From contig CM060734.1 in assembly GCA_030704615.1 (NCBI GenBank), positions 55,862,001 through 55,926,000 of the forward strand: DNA of 64,000 nt. The letters are read 5' to 3'. Under the pieces are notes generated by a model. It saw nothing but the letters and a program-made list of their open reading frames with translations, did not search any database and was not told where the DNA came from. The position numbers and the translations under genes are program-made. Positions 52,301 through 64,000 of this stretch are shown in pieces. The stretch comes from Takakia lepidozioides (Eukaryota; Plantae; Bryophyta). Every line of letters begins with the position of its first letter. The first letter of the stretch is position 1.

Positions 52301-52760
52301 GAATGGCTTCCAAAGCTCGTGGTTACACCATCAAGGTGGCACTTTGCTTCAGACTTTCAGAGTAGGATATATGATTAGTACTTCAGCAAGCTAACATACA
52401 AACATGTAATGTACTCATAGGACGGGACATTGATTTCACGTCAACTGGTACAGGAGAGAATCGGATTTAATAGAATGGCCGAAATGGCCTGCATAAATAC
52501 ATATATTCAGTTCAGCTTTTGCTATTTTTATCTTAACTCCTCATATCCTGTCTGTCACGACTAGCAGACATATGGACATGTATAACAAGTGCTAATTAAT
52601 CAGGGATTACCACTTATATACTGAAGTTCACGAACATCACTCACACTGAAGTGATCAACAAACATTCTAACAGCTCTGAATATTATGTGCAAGCATGAAG
52701 ATTATGGCAATTTAACTCTGGTTTTACAACCAATGAACGGAATATAACAGTGAATAGGAG

Positions 52761-53468
52761 TCACAACCTTGCCAGTTTTACTATTTGATCATGTTGGTCG
52801 TGCTTTGCCTCCATCTTCGAGAAATACTTTGAATGCAATCCCATTCGGAGGCCCAAGTATACAGTCCTTGACCAATTCCTGCCGGCCAGTTTCGAAGCTT
52901 CTTCTAGGGCTGCCCCGAAGGTGGCGCTCGCGGTCTGGTGTACAGAGTCCACCAGGCCAGCCTCCATCGCCATGGTTCCTGTATACTTCAAGCCCTTCAA
53001 GATGGTTTCTTTGAGCACCCGAGGTTCCATTTTCTGTCTCAAAAGCTCCATAAGGCGAGGCGGGATGAGAATATTGACATCAATTTCACTCATATAAAGA
53101 AAACCCCGGTCACCTCTCATGAGTCTGTGGTCATGAGCCATGGCCAGCATAAAACCTGCACCTGACGCATGCCCGCAGATGGCAGCTACTGTGGGGATAC
53201 TTAAACTTACGAGTGCGAAGAGAAGCTCATCAAATGCCTTACTTTGTACTGGAGCTCTGTTGTCTTTGTCTACATTTGTCCAGTCAAGGTCAAGCCCATT
53301 CGAGAAAAACTTCCCATCACTCGTGGTAACAAGAGCTCCTGCGTCCGATCTTTCTACAGTGTCTAGAGCTGCTATAAGCTCCCAACAAAGAGATGGGCTC
53401 AATCGATGGTCATTCTCCCCCACGATCCTCAGCACGAACACTCTTCCGATCCTCTCCAAACTACACAT
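52761..53468 (-). CDS. ECI: Peroxisomal delta(3),delta(2)-enoyl-CoA isomerase (crotonase family), intronless, 235 aa
   Basis: MCSLERIGRVFVL..HRLSP..LVTTSDGKFFSNGLDLDW..PTVAAICGHASGAG..HDHRLMRGDRGFLYMSE, with the C-terminal PTS1 tripeptide ARL. Confidence 0.93.
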   Translation of the reverse strand: MCSLERIGRVFVLRIVGENDHRLSPSLCWELIAALDTVERSDAGALVTTSDGKFFSNGLDLDWTNVDKDNRAPVQSKAFDELLFALVSLSIPTVAAICGHASGAGFMLAMAHDHRLMRGDRGFLYMSEIDVNILIPPRLMELLRQKMEPRVLKETILKGLKYTGTMAMEAGLVDSVHQTASATFGAALEEASKLAGRNWSRTVYLGLRMGLHSKYFSKMEAKHDQHDQIVKLARL

Positions 53469-54009
53469 CGTAAACGCAAGGGAGCTGCTGAACTCTGCAC
53501 AGGTGCTACATACACGCATACATACACATGTACACATATATATGGGACGCCAACTGAGTTGCTACACAAATACCTCTACTTAGAGACCTGAATCTTCCAA
53601 TTTCTAATGTTTCCTGTATGATACTATATAAAGGAAAAGGTTAAAACTTACAACTAAGTTCATGCCATTATCCTACGAACATGAGGCTAGGCATACCATA
53701 TAAAGCAAAATTAAATTTTGAATAATACTTTTAATATTATAATTCCATACTTGCCTACGCTGTCCGAGGATAATTAAACCCTAAAATGGGTTGTCGGAGG
53801 GGAAAAAAGTAATCATTGTTCTTCCTATGCCGATAATCCCATATATTCGAACCTTCACCTACTCTCCCCATGGCGAACCTTCACGCACTCTAATTCCTGG
53901 GCCACAGTAATTCTTGGACCGCTCTAGAATGAACAGGCCCCAATGAAACCGCTCTACATATTTTGATTTTGATATTATATATAATAATAACTTTTGGAGC
54001 TATAGAAAT

Positions 54010-54035
54010 GTTTTATTTTATTTTATTTTATTTTA
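54010..54035 (+). repeat. (TTTTA)n microsatellite
   Basis: TTTTATTTTATTTTATTTTATTTTA. Confidence 0.85.
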
Positions 54036-54539
54036 AAACAGAAAGGGGAGGTAGCCCTTGAGAACTCTATTATAAATTATTGTGGGGAAAAAAATTAAAA
54101 CCCCCATTACACCATAAGGCACACACACTGCTTGCAGTGAAGAACGAACCTTTCCTCTGGGCATGAGAGAATGATCTATGAACAAGATCTGTCTGCCCAA
54201 GGGCTGTAACTTTTAAGCAAGAGCTAAGGTGGCTGCAGGATATCCTGACTGAGAGAACATGACGGTAGTGTCTGTATCTAATTGTGGAAACCAAGGATGC
54301 ATTCTATTGATGCTACAGAAATTCCTAAAAGACTGATGGACCTGTTCTTCAAGAAACATTCATTATTCCGGCAGAGTCGTGACAAATAGCATGGGCAAGT
54401 AGGAACAGCGCAAATGGTAAACATCACTCAAATATATCACATCTACTTGAGATTGTCCGTCCAAGTCATCGCAAAGCAATTAACCCTGAAAGGACCACGG
54501 GGTGGTTGGAAAATGGCCTAGTAGACCAGACTCCTTGCA

Positions 54540-55450
54540 CATTTGCTACCACTTCTCCATATTTGGGAGGAACCATGCATGTCCACCTTCCTAGTTAATC
54601 CAATGCTAAACCATACAACGGAATTCACCATTGGATCTTGGAGATCGTTGATCTTGGGCCAATGCTGAAATTGATGGAGCTTGTCTTCTGGAAATTTTGT
54701 ATGGGAAAACAAATTATGGAATGTTTTTCCAAAAAGAAGCAAGATTTGATGGGACCTGTTTTTTTACACAGTTGGGATGGGGTGGGTGAGCTATGAACCA
54801 TTTTGCTGGCTATTCATATTTTGCCATGCAATAGCCACCTTTGCTAAAAGCAGAAAAGCCATGCCACCTCTCTATAAACTTTTCTAAATCAGAAATAACC
54901 AATAAAACAAATTTGTTTGGCTAAATCCCTCTAACCAAATGCAATTTAGGCCTGATTTGGGAATTTGTGCTTTTGTGGCGGGAATGGGCCAGCGCCATTT
55001 CAAGATAAACTGTGCCACATTGCCATATTAGTGGGAGGTCAGAATAGATAGCTGGAGTCTGGGCTATGGCTGGAGTCTTCTCTCTCGACATTGTGGGTCT
55101 GACCTCTGCATTGTTCTGAGGTCCAAAGAATATGATTGTGAAATCAAACACAAATCCCAAAGCCTGCAATCCATGTTTAGTCAGGGTTCTAGTCATCACG
55201 TCCCTTGCCAATCAAATTGGCCTGGACATGAACATCTTGTGTCTGAAACTATGCAGAAATATTTGTCCTTCTGGCCATGAATATCCATCTCCGCTAATGA
55301 GCCCTATGGGTTTAGCGGACATGCTTATACAACACCAGAACAGCACACAGTTTGATTTAAGCAAACACCAGGCTGCTGTCCCCTTTGAATACTTTTTTTT
55401 TCCTAAGAACAACCTGACATCACCTTCCCACACCATATACAAATATGACG
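54540..55450 (-). mobile_element. Possible very old LINE RT relic
   Basis: Ordered fragments VRLFLGKK / VLYKHV / PEGQIFLH / LQALGFVFDF..NAEVR / PKIN loosely follow LINE RT subdomains. Heavily decayed. Confidence 0.3.
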
Positions 55451-56735
55451 CAAACCAAAGGCGGCCTAAATAAAAGCCTCTTCCCCTTGAGGTCAGCACT
55501 GCTCCTTTGCGGGGGTGGGCTCTATCAAAGAGGACCTACCTATTGCGTGACCTAGTTGGCCACTTTCAGTATTGCATTTGTTGAGGATGAGAAGCCCAGA
55601 CCCTAAGAGTCATGGGACCTAGCAATACAAATTGGTGCTCGATGCAGTTGAGTTCAAGTGCAATTCAACGGTTGAGGCAACAAAAGGTAATGGAAAAGCT
55701 GAGAACATAGTTTACTTCTGCAATCTGTGAGCAGTCTATATAGCAGGGTAGCGCTGCGGTCACAGAACTCATCTAGCAATTTCTCCTGCATTGTGAATTG
55801 CTTCCCTATTGTATTGATCTGTAGACATCAACTTGGATGGCAGTCTGTTACAGATCAGCATGACGGCCCATTCTTGCTGCTGTGGAATATAGAACATACA
55901 TGTTGGGCAGATTGAAGGTGCCCGATCATGCTTACTTGGAGAAGGTACAGTCCAGTGTAGGTCCATGATTGAAAAGCTGCCCACCTGAGGCCCACCCTGT
56001 ACCAGACCAAGATCAGCATGCGTGCTTTAAAGCGATCCACAGGTCAGCATATCTGCAGTGAGGATAGCAAATGCATCGAACAAACAACAAACTCAAGGGA
56101 ATATGCAGCAGACTAATCTTCAAAAGAGTTGGACAAATCGGCAACAGTATACCCACCCTTCATATCGCCACCAAAGATGGATTTGGGTCAAGCTGTTCCA
56201 AAGTGACCAAGATTTTGTTTGTTTTCATTGCATGACTGTTTTTGCCCAGTGCCTAGTTTCGATTGGGTGCTGGTTACCAGCCCCTTGCTTGCAACTTCCT
56301 ATGCAAACAAAGGCCCATTTGGATTTCTATCTTATGTGCCCACAGCGGCATGGCCACTTTTTGTGATTCTTTTGGTGTACCAGATCTGGGTGACTGGGGT
56401 CTTCCCAGTTACAACTTACAACCTGGCCAAGTGCTATCACCCTCAGTTTTGAATTATCGATGTATCCTTATAATGTAAAGTGGCTCTTCTGTGGTCTTCC
56501 TCAAGACGAGTAAGAGGATTTCTGTATAGGACAACGAAAAGTTATTTGTGGAGAATGTTTTGGACCTCACTTGGCCCACATTTCTTTCCACATGTTCCAG
56601 GTGTTCTCCCCAACGGTCCCAATAAGTAGAAACACTCCCATAATTGCTGGTAAAAACAGATGGGACACAGGAACATGGGTTCCAAAAGTTGGGTTAACAC
56701 TATTTCAGGCTCTCCTGTCATGCATGTTGCATGTT

Positions 56736-58620
56736 TCACGAATACTCCCCACGAGAACAAACCCCACCTTGGAAGTGGTGAAAGCGTTTGGCGTCCCGTA
56801 CAAAAATTGCTCACCCGACAATCTTTGAGAGGAACTTGGTGGCCGTGTGGCAGTCACCACACACTCGAAGATTAACAATACAAAGTGGTGTCCCAGGGGA
56901 CGTGCTGAGAAGCCCGAAGGCAATGGCCAGTTTCTCACTGTGGTGGCAAAGAGAAAATTCCTTTTGCCACTCCTCCACATCATGCAATACAAAGCGCGTG
57001 TCAGGCACATACCCAGCCTTCTTCATCAGCCCATACAATCAGTCCAGCTCAGCATGGATTTCTTCAATTTTTGGATGCAATTTCTCATCTACGACAAAAA
57101 AATGCACCCTGCTGTCAACCTCAATGCAGCAGAAACCTGGCCTTTTTCTGACACACCTCTCTTCATCATTTTTCGGACCTTTGCAGTATCATCCCACCTG
57201 TGAGTTACAGCCTAGATGTTTGATAGCAGGACATAAGTTGCAGCACCCTGTGGATCATACATGAGAAGGCATTTTGCTGCATGTTCTGCCACATCCACAT
57301 TCCCATGAATTCTGCATGCACCAAGCAAGGCTGCCCACACATGAGCATCTGGTTTGCTTGGAATTTGGTTGAAGTCCTCTGCCTCATCCAATCGCCCTGC
57401 ACAGCCAAGAAGGTCCACCATGCAGCTAATGTAGGAGTGACACCATGGTCTCAACTCATAGTTTCAAAATAGTGACGGCCTTCATCCATTAGACCAACAT
57501 GGCCACATGCAGAGAGAACACATGTAAAAGTGATAGCAGTTGGTTTCAAGCCTTCCTGCTCCAATTGTTGAGATAGTTGCAACGCCTCCGTACCACACCC
57601 ATGCTGAGCATATCCTGCGATCATAGCATTCCATGAGACCACATTTTGTGGAGCCATATTGTCAAACACTTCACGGGCATCCTCTATGCTCCCACATTCG
57701 GCATAAATGGAAACAACAAGGCTGCCAGGCTGGCACACACATTGAGAATGCAAGCAAACATGACCAGGTCAGGTGTCACACTTTCTGTATCATGTGCTCA
57801 AAGGCCTCCAAAGCACCCTACCATACCCATGCTGAGCATATCCTGCAATAATTGCATTCCATAAACCACAGTTTGTTCAGCCATTTGTCAAACACTTGAC
57901 GCGCATCCTTTAAGCTCCCGCATTTGGCATACATAGTACCAAGGGCAGTGCCCAGAATCACGTTTTCCATAAGTCCAGTTTTTATGATGTCAGCATGGAT
58001 CTCTTTACCCTTGCCTAGGACTGTGAGGCTGGCATCATTGAAAATGCAAACAAAGGTGACCTGGGTCGGCCATGACACCTTCCTGTATCATGTGCTGGTA
58101 GGTCTCCAAAGCCTCCCCACCATACCATGCTGTGTGTATCCTCCAATCATAGCATTCCAGGTGACAATGTTTTGTTGTGATATATTGTCAAACACTTGAT
58201 GCTCATCTATTATGCTCCCACATTTAGCATACATGGCAACAAGGCTGTTCTCCAGAATTATGTCCGGCTTTAATTTGGGCATTGATGATGTCAGCATGGA
58301 TCTCTTTGCCCTTTATCAAGGCTGTGAGGCCAGCGCATGCCCTGAGTGAAAAAATGAATGTGACCTTGTTGGGTGTGATCCTTCTTGTATCATTTGCTCA
58401 TAAATCCTGAGGGTCTCCCCACCGCTCCCATACTTGGCATATCCTGCCATCATTATATTCCAAGAAGACCTATCCCATTCAGGCATTACGTCTCTTCGCT
58501 CGCAGGTTTGCAAGCGATTCTTTTGGTGTGGTTTCTAAGCAAACAATTTACTGCCAAATTTTTGTATCGTGACCCACCTGCACCAAGATGCACCAAGATG
58601 GAATCTCACACACATTTGAG
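56736..58620 (-). pseudogene. PLS-E-DYW PPR (RNA-editing factor type) pseudogene
   Basis: Repeated NSLVAMYAKCGS..VFD..WNAMI.GY.QHG motifs in shifting frames. E domain: CMVDLLG.AGRLDEA..WAALLGACRIHG..YVLLSNI. DYW domain: [50 protein letters not shown]. Several frameshifts and stops. Confidence 0.93.
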
Positions 58621-59174
58621 TGCACACCACTTATCACGGAAGTGTGATTCAAGATGAACCAAAAATAACAGGTCACTGGACGCTCAGGGAATACAAACTG
58701 TGGTAGTCAATGCTCTCTCAGACAACCCTAAAGGGCTGCCTGTCACAGACATGTAATATCTTCATCCTTGCGTCCACCCCCACAAGTGCAGAGGAGAGAA
58801 TTTCCGTAAAATCCCCCTTTTCCAAACCAAAAAGATCCGAGGACACAATGCCACCTACAACAGATCTTCACTACACATTAAACTTGGAGCAAACGCATGC
58901 ACTAATAGCACTTCGTTCACACTTGGTTATATGTGATTTTCAGAGACCCGCACTAACCTTCCAACAAATGCCAACAGAAGAAAAACCCAAAAAATGACTT
59001 GTACGTCACATCAGACAACCAAAGCTTCAAGTAGAACGAAGAAAGCAAGCAGAAGAGCGATTTTAAAGAGTCACAAAACCAGAGAATCAAACAAGACCGA
59101 AGCAAACCAGTGCGGACTAACTATTTCTTGAAAACATTCAGAAGACAAGACAAGCCTATAGCCAAGGTGCATCC

Positions 59175-60393
59175 TTGACACTACCGCACTTAGCATACAT
59201 GTTTACAAGGAGGATGTTTGGAACCAGACCATTATCTAAGGGAGTGAAGGGATTTGCATGTGAGATATGTGCAGGACCCCATCATTACATAGTAGTGGAA
59301 TACCAGCCCTTGGAGGAGGTGAAAATTGCAGAACAAAGAGAAGACCCACCTTGGGAAGTTCAACTCAAAGAAGACAACACCACCGGTGTAAGATGACAAA
59401 GTGGGCAGTGGGTATATACCAACACATACCTATCAGCCGAGAACATGGTGGGTACCATCCATGAGTACTATGAGAATAACAAGAACGGTGAAGGGATGAA
59501 GGCAAGTGCAGCAGAGGCAGCGAACAGAATGACGGCTGATGAAGGTGTCACCAACCTGAAAGAAATGACAGGGGTCAGTCTTGATTCCTCTGAGAAATGT
59601 TTAACAAAGGAATAACATGAACCTGAACTGAAGCAACCATGGTGCACAAAGGCAACATGGAGCTGCGGTATAATAAGGAGTAGGGCTTATCTTTTTCGGA
59701 GTAGCACTCCAAAGCACAAGATATGAGGAAATTCTGACACTTCCAGTGGTTTATGCCAACATACTAAATTGGTAGCTGAAACAGGGATAAGTCAAAGCAA
59801 GATCCAGGAACCTGATGAAGGGACTATGTATGCAATTACCTAACGGAGACTTGCAACCAACACTCCCAAGAGAAGCGAACAAGGAAGATGCAGAACTGGT
59901 GGGAAGCATCAACGAATATTTTGAGCATTATCAACAGCTGGGAGGACCAGATAATGGTTCAGAGTATGAGGAGATTACTCGGATAAAGAAGCATGCAACA
60001 ATGATAGCAGGGTTTGAGCAACTGGAGGAAGTAACAATGATCAACTATGTCGACATGCCAGTCAGACCTAATCCAACTGAATTTCCAAACAGGATGAAGG
60101 ATGGTGAAGGAAAGCTAACCTGTGAAGACGAGAGTGATGAGTTGGTCGCTATAAACCAATACTTTGACACACAGAAAGGAGACCACGCCATGTTGAGATT
60201 GAAGGCAGGCCATACTTATCGAGACATGACAAGTGGAAAGAGTATAAACAATATGAAGGGCACGAGTTTCAGATCAAGGAGGAGCAACAATCACGTGACG
60301 CCGGTAAGGTTACGATCGGGGCTGATGTCTACTCTACACGTCAAGGCATGGCAAGTGGATGGAAAACAGGAATCCAGAATCACCACTGGTTGA
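59175..60393 (+). other. Decayed acidic ORF remnants, probably retrotransposon-derived
   Basis: Purine-rich strand, a knuckle-like CEICAGPHH, and a 192-aa open stretch (59815-60393) with the internal repeat LVGSINEYF/LVAINQYF. Family not recognised. Confidence 0.3.
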
Positions 60394-61037
60394 TAATCGA
60401 ATTTCCTCATCGTCAATCTGCAGCTTCATGTGGATCACCCCTGGTTCCTCTTACAGATACCTCCATTCCATTTTTAGCCCGTAGGAATTATGGTGATGCG
60501 TTGTGTTGCAGGGGTTGATCATCACCATCTAATTTGGTAGTCCAGTAGAGCTACATAATCGGAGTGATCTGTTGGATATCATAAAGAGAGTTATAAGAGG
60601 CGCCAGTAACTTGAGCTGATTCTGCCATTCACTTCGAAAGTGGCAGCTTAACGAGTTGGAGTCTTCCAGACTATATATATCCCGATCACATAGCCGTGTT
60701 TTCTTCAAAGATTTAATTGATCGTTCATGAAGATGTGGATTTGAGGTCTGACTTCCCAGAGCTGGCATTCGGCTCGAGAGTTGCTCACAGATTCTGCGCT
60801 TCAACTTGAGGTTTCTCACATACAGTCCAGCATGCCCAGGTTCGTGGTGCCTATTGGAAAAACAGTTCCCAACATACCATGCTGGTAACTCAGAGATTTT
60901 CGCACCACTTGCAGGATTGAGGCATGTCCATCTGATGATGCGCACATTAGCTCCAACGTCATAAAGTGAAACAGAAGGCAATATACATCTGTAGTACGGA
61001 ATCAAGCCAACTAAAAGAGTAGCAGGACGGCGGAGCC

Positions 61038-62274
61038 ATGGTGTCATCACAAGCAGCAGAGCACAGCCTGGGACTGCGGTTAGGGCTGACCGCAACATCG
61101 GCCATAGTGGCAGAGGCGGTAACATTTCCAATTGACATCACCAAGACTCGGTTGCAGCTGCAAGGGGAGCTGGGAGTGACCCATGGGGCAGCCAAGCGGG
61201 GGGCACTGGGCATGGCACTGGCCATTGGGAGAGAGGAGGGCATTGCTGGCCTCTATAGGGGACTGTCGCCAGCACTCCTGCGCCATGTCTTCTATACAAG
61301 TATCCGCATAGTCACATATGAGCAGCTTCGCAACTCGCTCGACAAGGGAGATGATGCTTCCAGTCTCTCTGTAGCCAAAAAGGCATTCATTGGTGGAGCC
61401 TCTGGAATCATTGGACAGGTCAGTTTGAGCCGTATTCATTTCGAATTCGGTAAGTGTATAGAGAGAATGATCGGCGAATGACTGATTCAGTATTAGTAGC
61501 TGCCTCTTCTTTTCCCTTTTCCCAGTTGTTTGAACCGAATCTTCTCACTGCTGACTCGTTCCAACTGTGGGCATCTTGGGTGGATATGGACAATTGAAAG
61601 CCACTTTCTGGTATTGTGCTCTCTGCTCTTCTATAGCTGAAGCATTGATCCAAACTCAGTTTACCTCATGGCTAGCATATGACAAAGGTGGCAGATTGGA
61701 TGGTGCAGACCCTAAAAGAAGCCAGGGGGTGATGAAACAGGTGATAGCAAGTCCTGCAGATCTGGTGAAGGTGCGCATGCAGGCTGATGGAAGGTTGGTG
61801 AAACTGGGTCATGTACCGCGTTACAGTGGACTCGCAGATGCATTTGGCAAGATCGTGAAAGCAGAGGGTGTCTCTGGACTTTGGAGAGGAGTGGGGCCCA
61901 ATGCTCAACGTGCTTTTATGGTGAACATGGGGGAGCTGGCCTGCTACGACCAGGCAAAGCAGTTTGTAATTCAGCGGGGCATCTGTGATGACAACATCGG
62001 CGCCCACACTCTGGCATCAGTTATGTCAGGTCTGTCAGCCACCATCCTGAGCTGCCCTGCTGATGTAGTGAAGACACGCATGATGAACGCAGATGTGGGG
62101 GGTACAACCTACCGCAACTCGCTTGACTGCCTGGCCAAAACTGTGAAAGCAGAAGGAGTAATGGCTTTGTGGAAGGGCTTTTTCCCCACATGGACCAGGT
62201 TGGGTCCCTGGCAGTTTGTGTTCTGGGTTTCGTATGAGCAACTCCGCCGCATGTGTGGCCTTTCCTCATTCTGA
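61038..62274 (+). CDS. PUMP3: Mitochondrial carrier, uncoupling protein 3-like, 304 aa
   Basis: Exons 61038-61418 and 61741-62274. Three carrier signatures PIDITKTRLQ, PADLVKVRMQ and PADVVKTRMM, plus VNMGELACYD and WTRLGPWQFVFWVSYEQLR. Confidence 0.95.
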
Positions 62275-64000
62275 TTGCTTGAATGGCCATGGCCTTGGGA
62301 GAATTCTTTTTCTATGGCAGTGGAGAGCCCTGGGAGTTTCTCAGTTGAAACGATGGTTGAGTTAGACATGCCAAAGAAGGCCATCTCTCTTGCCCTCTTG
62401 TTTGCCTGAAATGAGTGAAAAAGTCTTCTGATTCCAAAGTGCAGAAAGGAAAGATCAAACCTTTTTCAAGCAGTCTGTCTCTATCGATTGCACAATAGGA
62501 CATGTTCTGCTTGATTCTACGAGGTGCTATGGATCACCTGCATAGAAAGCTGAGACTTTCTCTGTATCTTTGAAACTGATGATGCAACCACCACCAAGGT
62601 GACCCCCCCATTCCAGTCTTACAAAATGTCCACCAACGGCAATCTCTTATGAAAAACAAAACAATCCACATTCATTTTGTGAGTTGCAATGCAAATTTAT
62701 TTTGTCATGTGCAATCCTGGACCGGGCAACATGAGTATTTCAATTTGATCCACAAAATTGTTTCACCACATGAACAAGTTTGTAACCTATGGGTGATAGT
62801 TGAGATAAGACATTACTGTGATCTTTTTCTTATCTATTACACAAACTCGATCAATGAAGCTGGAAGTGGGCTTGATTTTGTTGGCTCTCCAGGGCAGAGA
62901 CTTTGCATCATGTTGAAGTCAATGGAAAAAATGTGGTCAACGTACCTTACACCCCGTCAAGAGTATGATTGGTCTAAAAACGCTCTTAAGTATAAACCAC
63001 GCGGCAGCTTGTCAAAATTGTTGCTTCAATGGACAGAGCCTCTCGCAGTTACGGCTTATTTGTATAACACCCTCATTCACATGATGTAACTCCCTTGGAA
63101 TAGACCCGGGCCCTCCCTAGTGTAAAGAACTGCCACAAGAACTATTGGGAATTTTTGGCCAAATGTAATACAACTACAACATTTCTTACCAGTCGGTTGA
63201 ACCCTTAGAATCCCTTAGACTTATCTTCATGTTAGGAGCAGTGTTTTTTTAGCCTGGTGATTCGCAATTTTTTGACATGTGACTAATGCATTTTACCTAT
63301 ACAGGCGATATCATGGGTTCTAAATTCCTGCCAATTTAGAAAAAACTTAGTCATTCTAAAAGCATGTAGCCAAACGTCCGACTATGACAACTTGACATAG
63401 CCCCACTTGTGATCTGGAGTAGGTGAACACAAACATATATACGTGGCACCTCCTCCCAACCTTAGACCTCCTTGTCATGGCCTCTTCTACTTATCCTAAC
63501 CTTCGACATGATGTCTACAAGTAGGCATTACTAGATGCTTCTTTTATTGCAATATAGATAGGAATTGAGATGTACAGATCAGATTGCAGATAGGCTTTAG
63601 ATTTTGTGGGCTTCATTGAAGAGACATTCGATATAAGAAGATGGAGAGTGATCAAATGCGTCAAATACATACCAAGTACACACACTCCAGGTGCTCAACA
63701 TCCGATTTTTCTGATCTGTGTGGACTCTAGATTTTGCCACCATTGTTGGAAATGCAATGAGTTTTAGTCACTCATGATATCATGCCAACTATATATGTAG
63801 GTATGAATGTACCTGTTATTTGTTCGTGCAAAATGTCACATCCAACTAAAATCATACATATGGTGCTTTGTAAATACATCGGTGCAATGAAGTTTGTTAT
63901 TGGTTGAAAATTGTTAATAGGTTAGGTGCAAGGATACATTTTAAAGTATCTTTCAGTCAGATACGCTCTTAGTGTCAAGGCTTTAAGGAGACTTTAGCAC

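Noticed and set aside
53848-53925. Short direct repeats CGAACCTTCAC and TAATTC(C/T)TGG upstream of ECI
   Set aside because: Only two copies each, with no supportable function.
56540-56660. LINE zf-RVT remnant (YLWRMF..TCSRC..VET)
   Set aside because: Too short and degenerate to support as a feature.
56811-56813. Stop codon repaired by U-to-C editing
   Set aside because: Such editing is organellar, while this is a nuclear locus with several additional frameshifts.
60529-61243. Antisense ORFs of 200 and 94 aa
   Set aside because: Shadow frames overlapping the PUMP3 5' region with no recognisable motifs.

Overview
Eukaryotic nuclear DNA from a land plant, with GT-AG introns throughout. A bryophyte or moss is likely but this is inferred only from the gene and repeat content. 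Eight protein-coding loci could be reconstructed by hand: an LPR1-like multicopper oxidase whose last copper-binding motif is frameshifted, a 13-exon synaptotagmin, a D-2-hydroxyacid dehydrogenase, a protein with four RanBP2 zinc fingers, two tandem plant PHD-type zinc-finger paralogs, an intronless peroxisomal enoyl-CoA isomerase and a PUMP3/UCP3-like mitochondrial carrier. There are also two PPR pseudogenes, one of them a DYW type. A TE island at about 39.4-49.4 kb holds a TIR/TSD-complete PIF/Harbinger derivative, a LINE RT relic, Ty3 pieces, a local duplication carrying a 639-bp MITE confirmed by its empty site, and a possible Helitron. The 21-28 kb and 34-37 kb regions look like heavily decayed coding relics, possibly F-box/LRR, but that assignment is low confidence. 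No rRNA, tRNA or CRISPR array was seen, and I found no convincing wholly new biological system. The best leads are the LPR1 frameshift, the unclassified MITE, a decayed zinc-finger ORF inside a repeat and the relic gene family.
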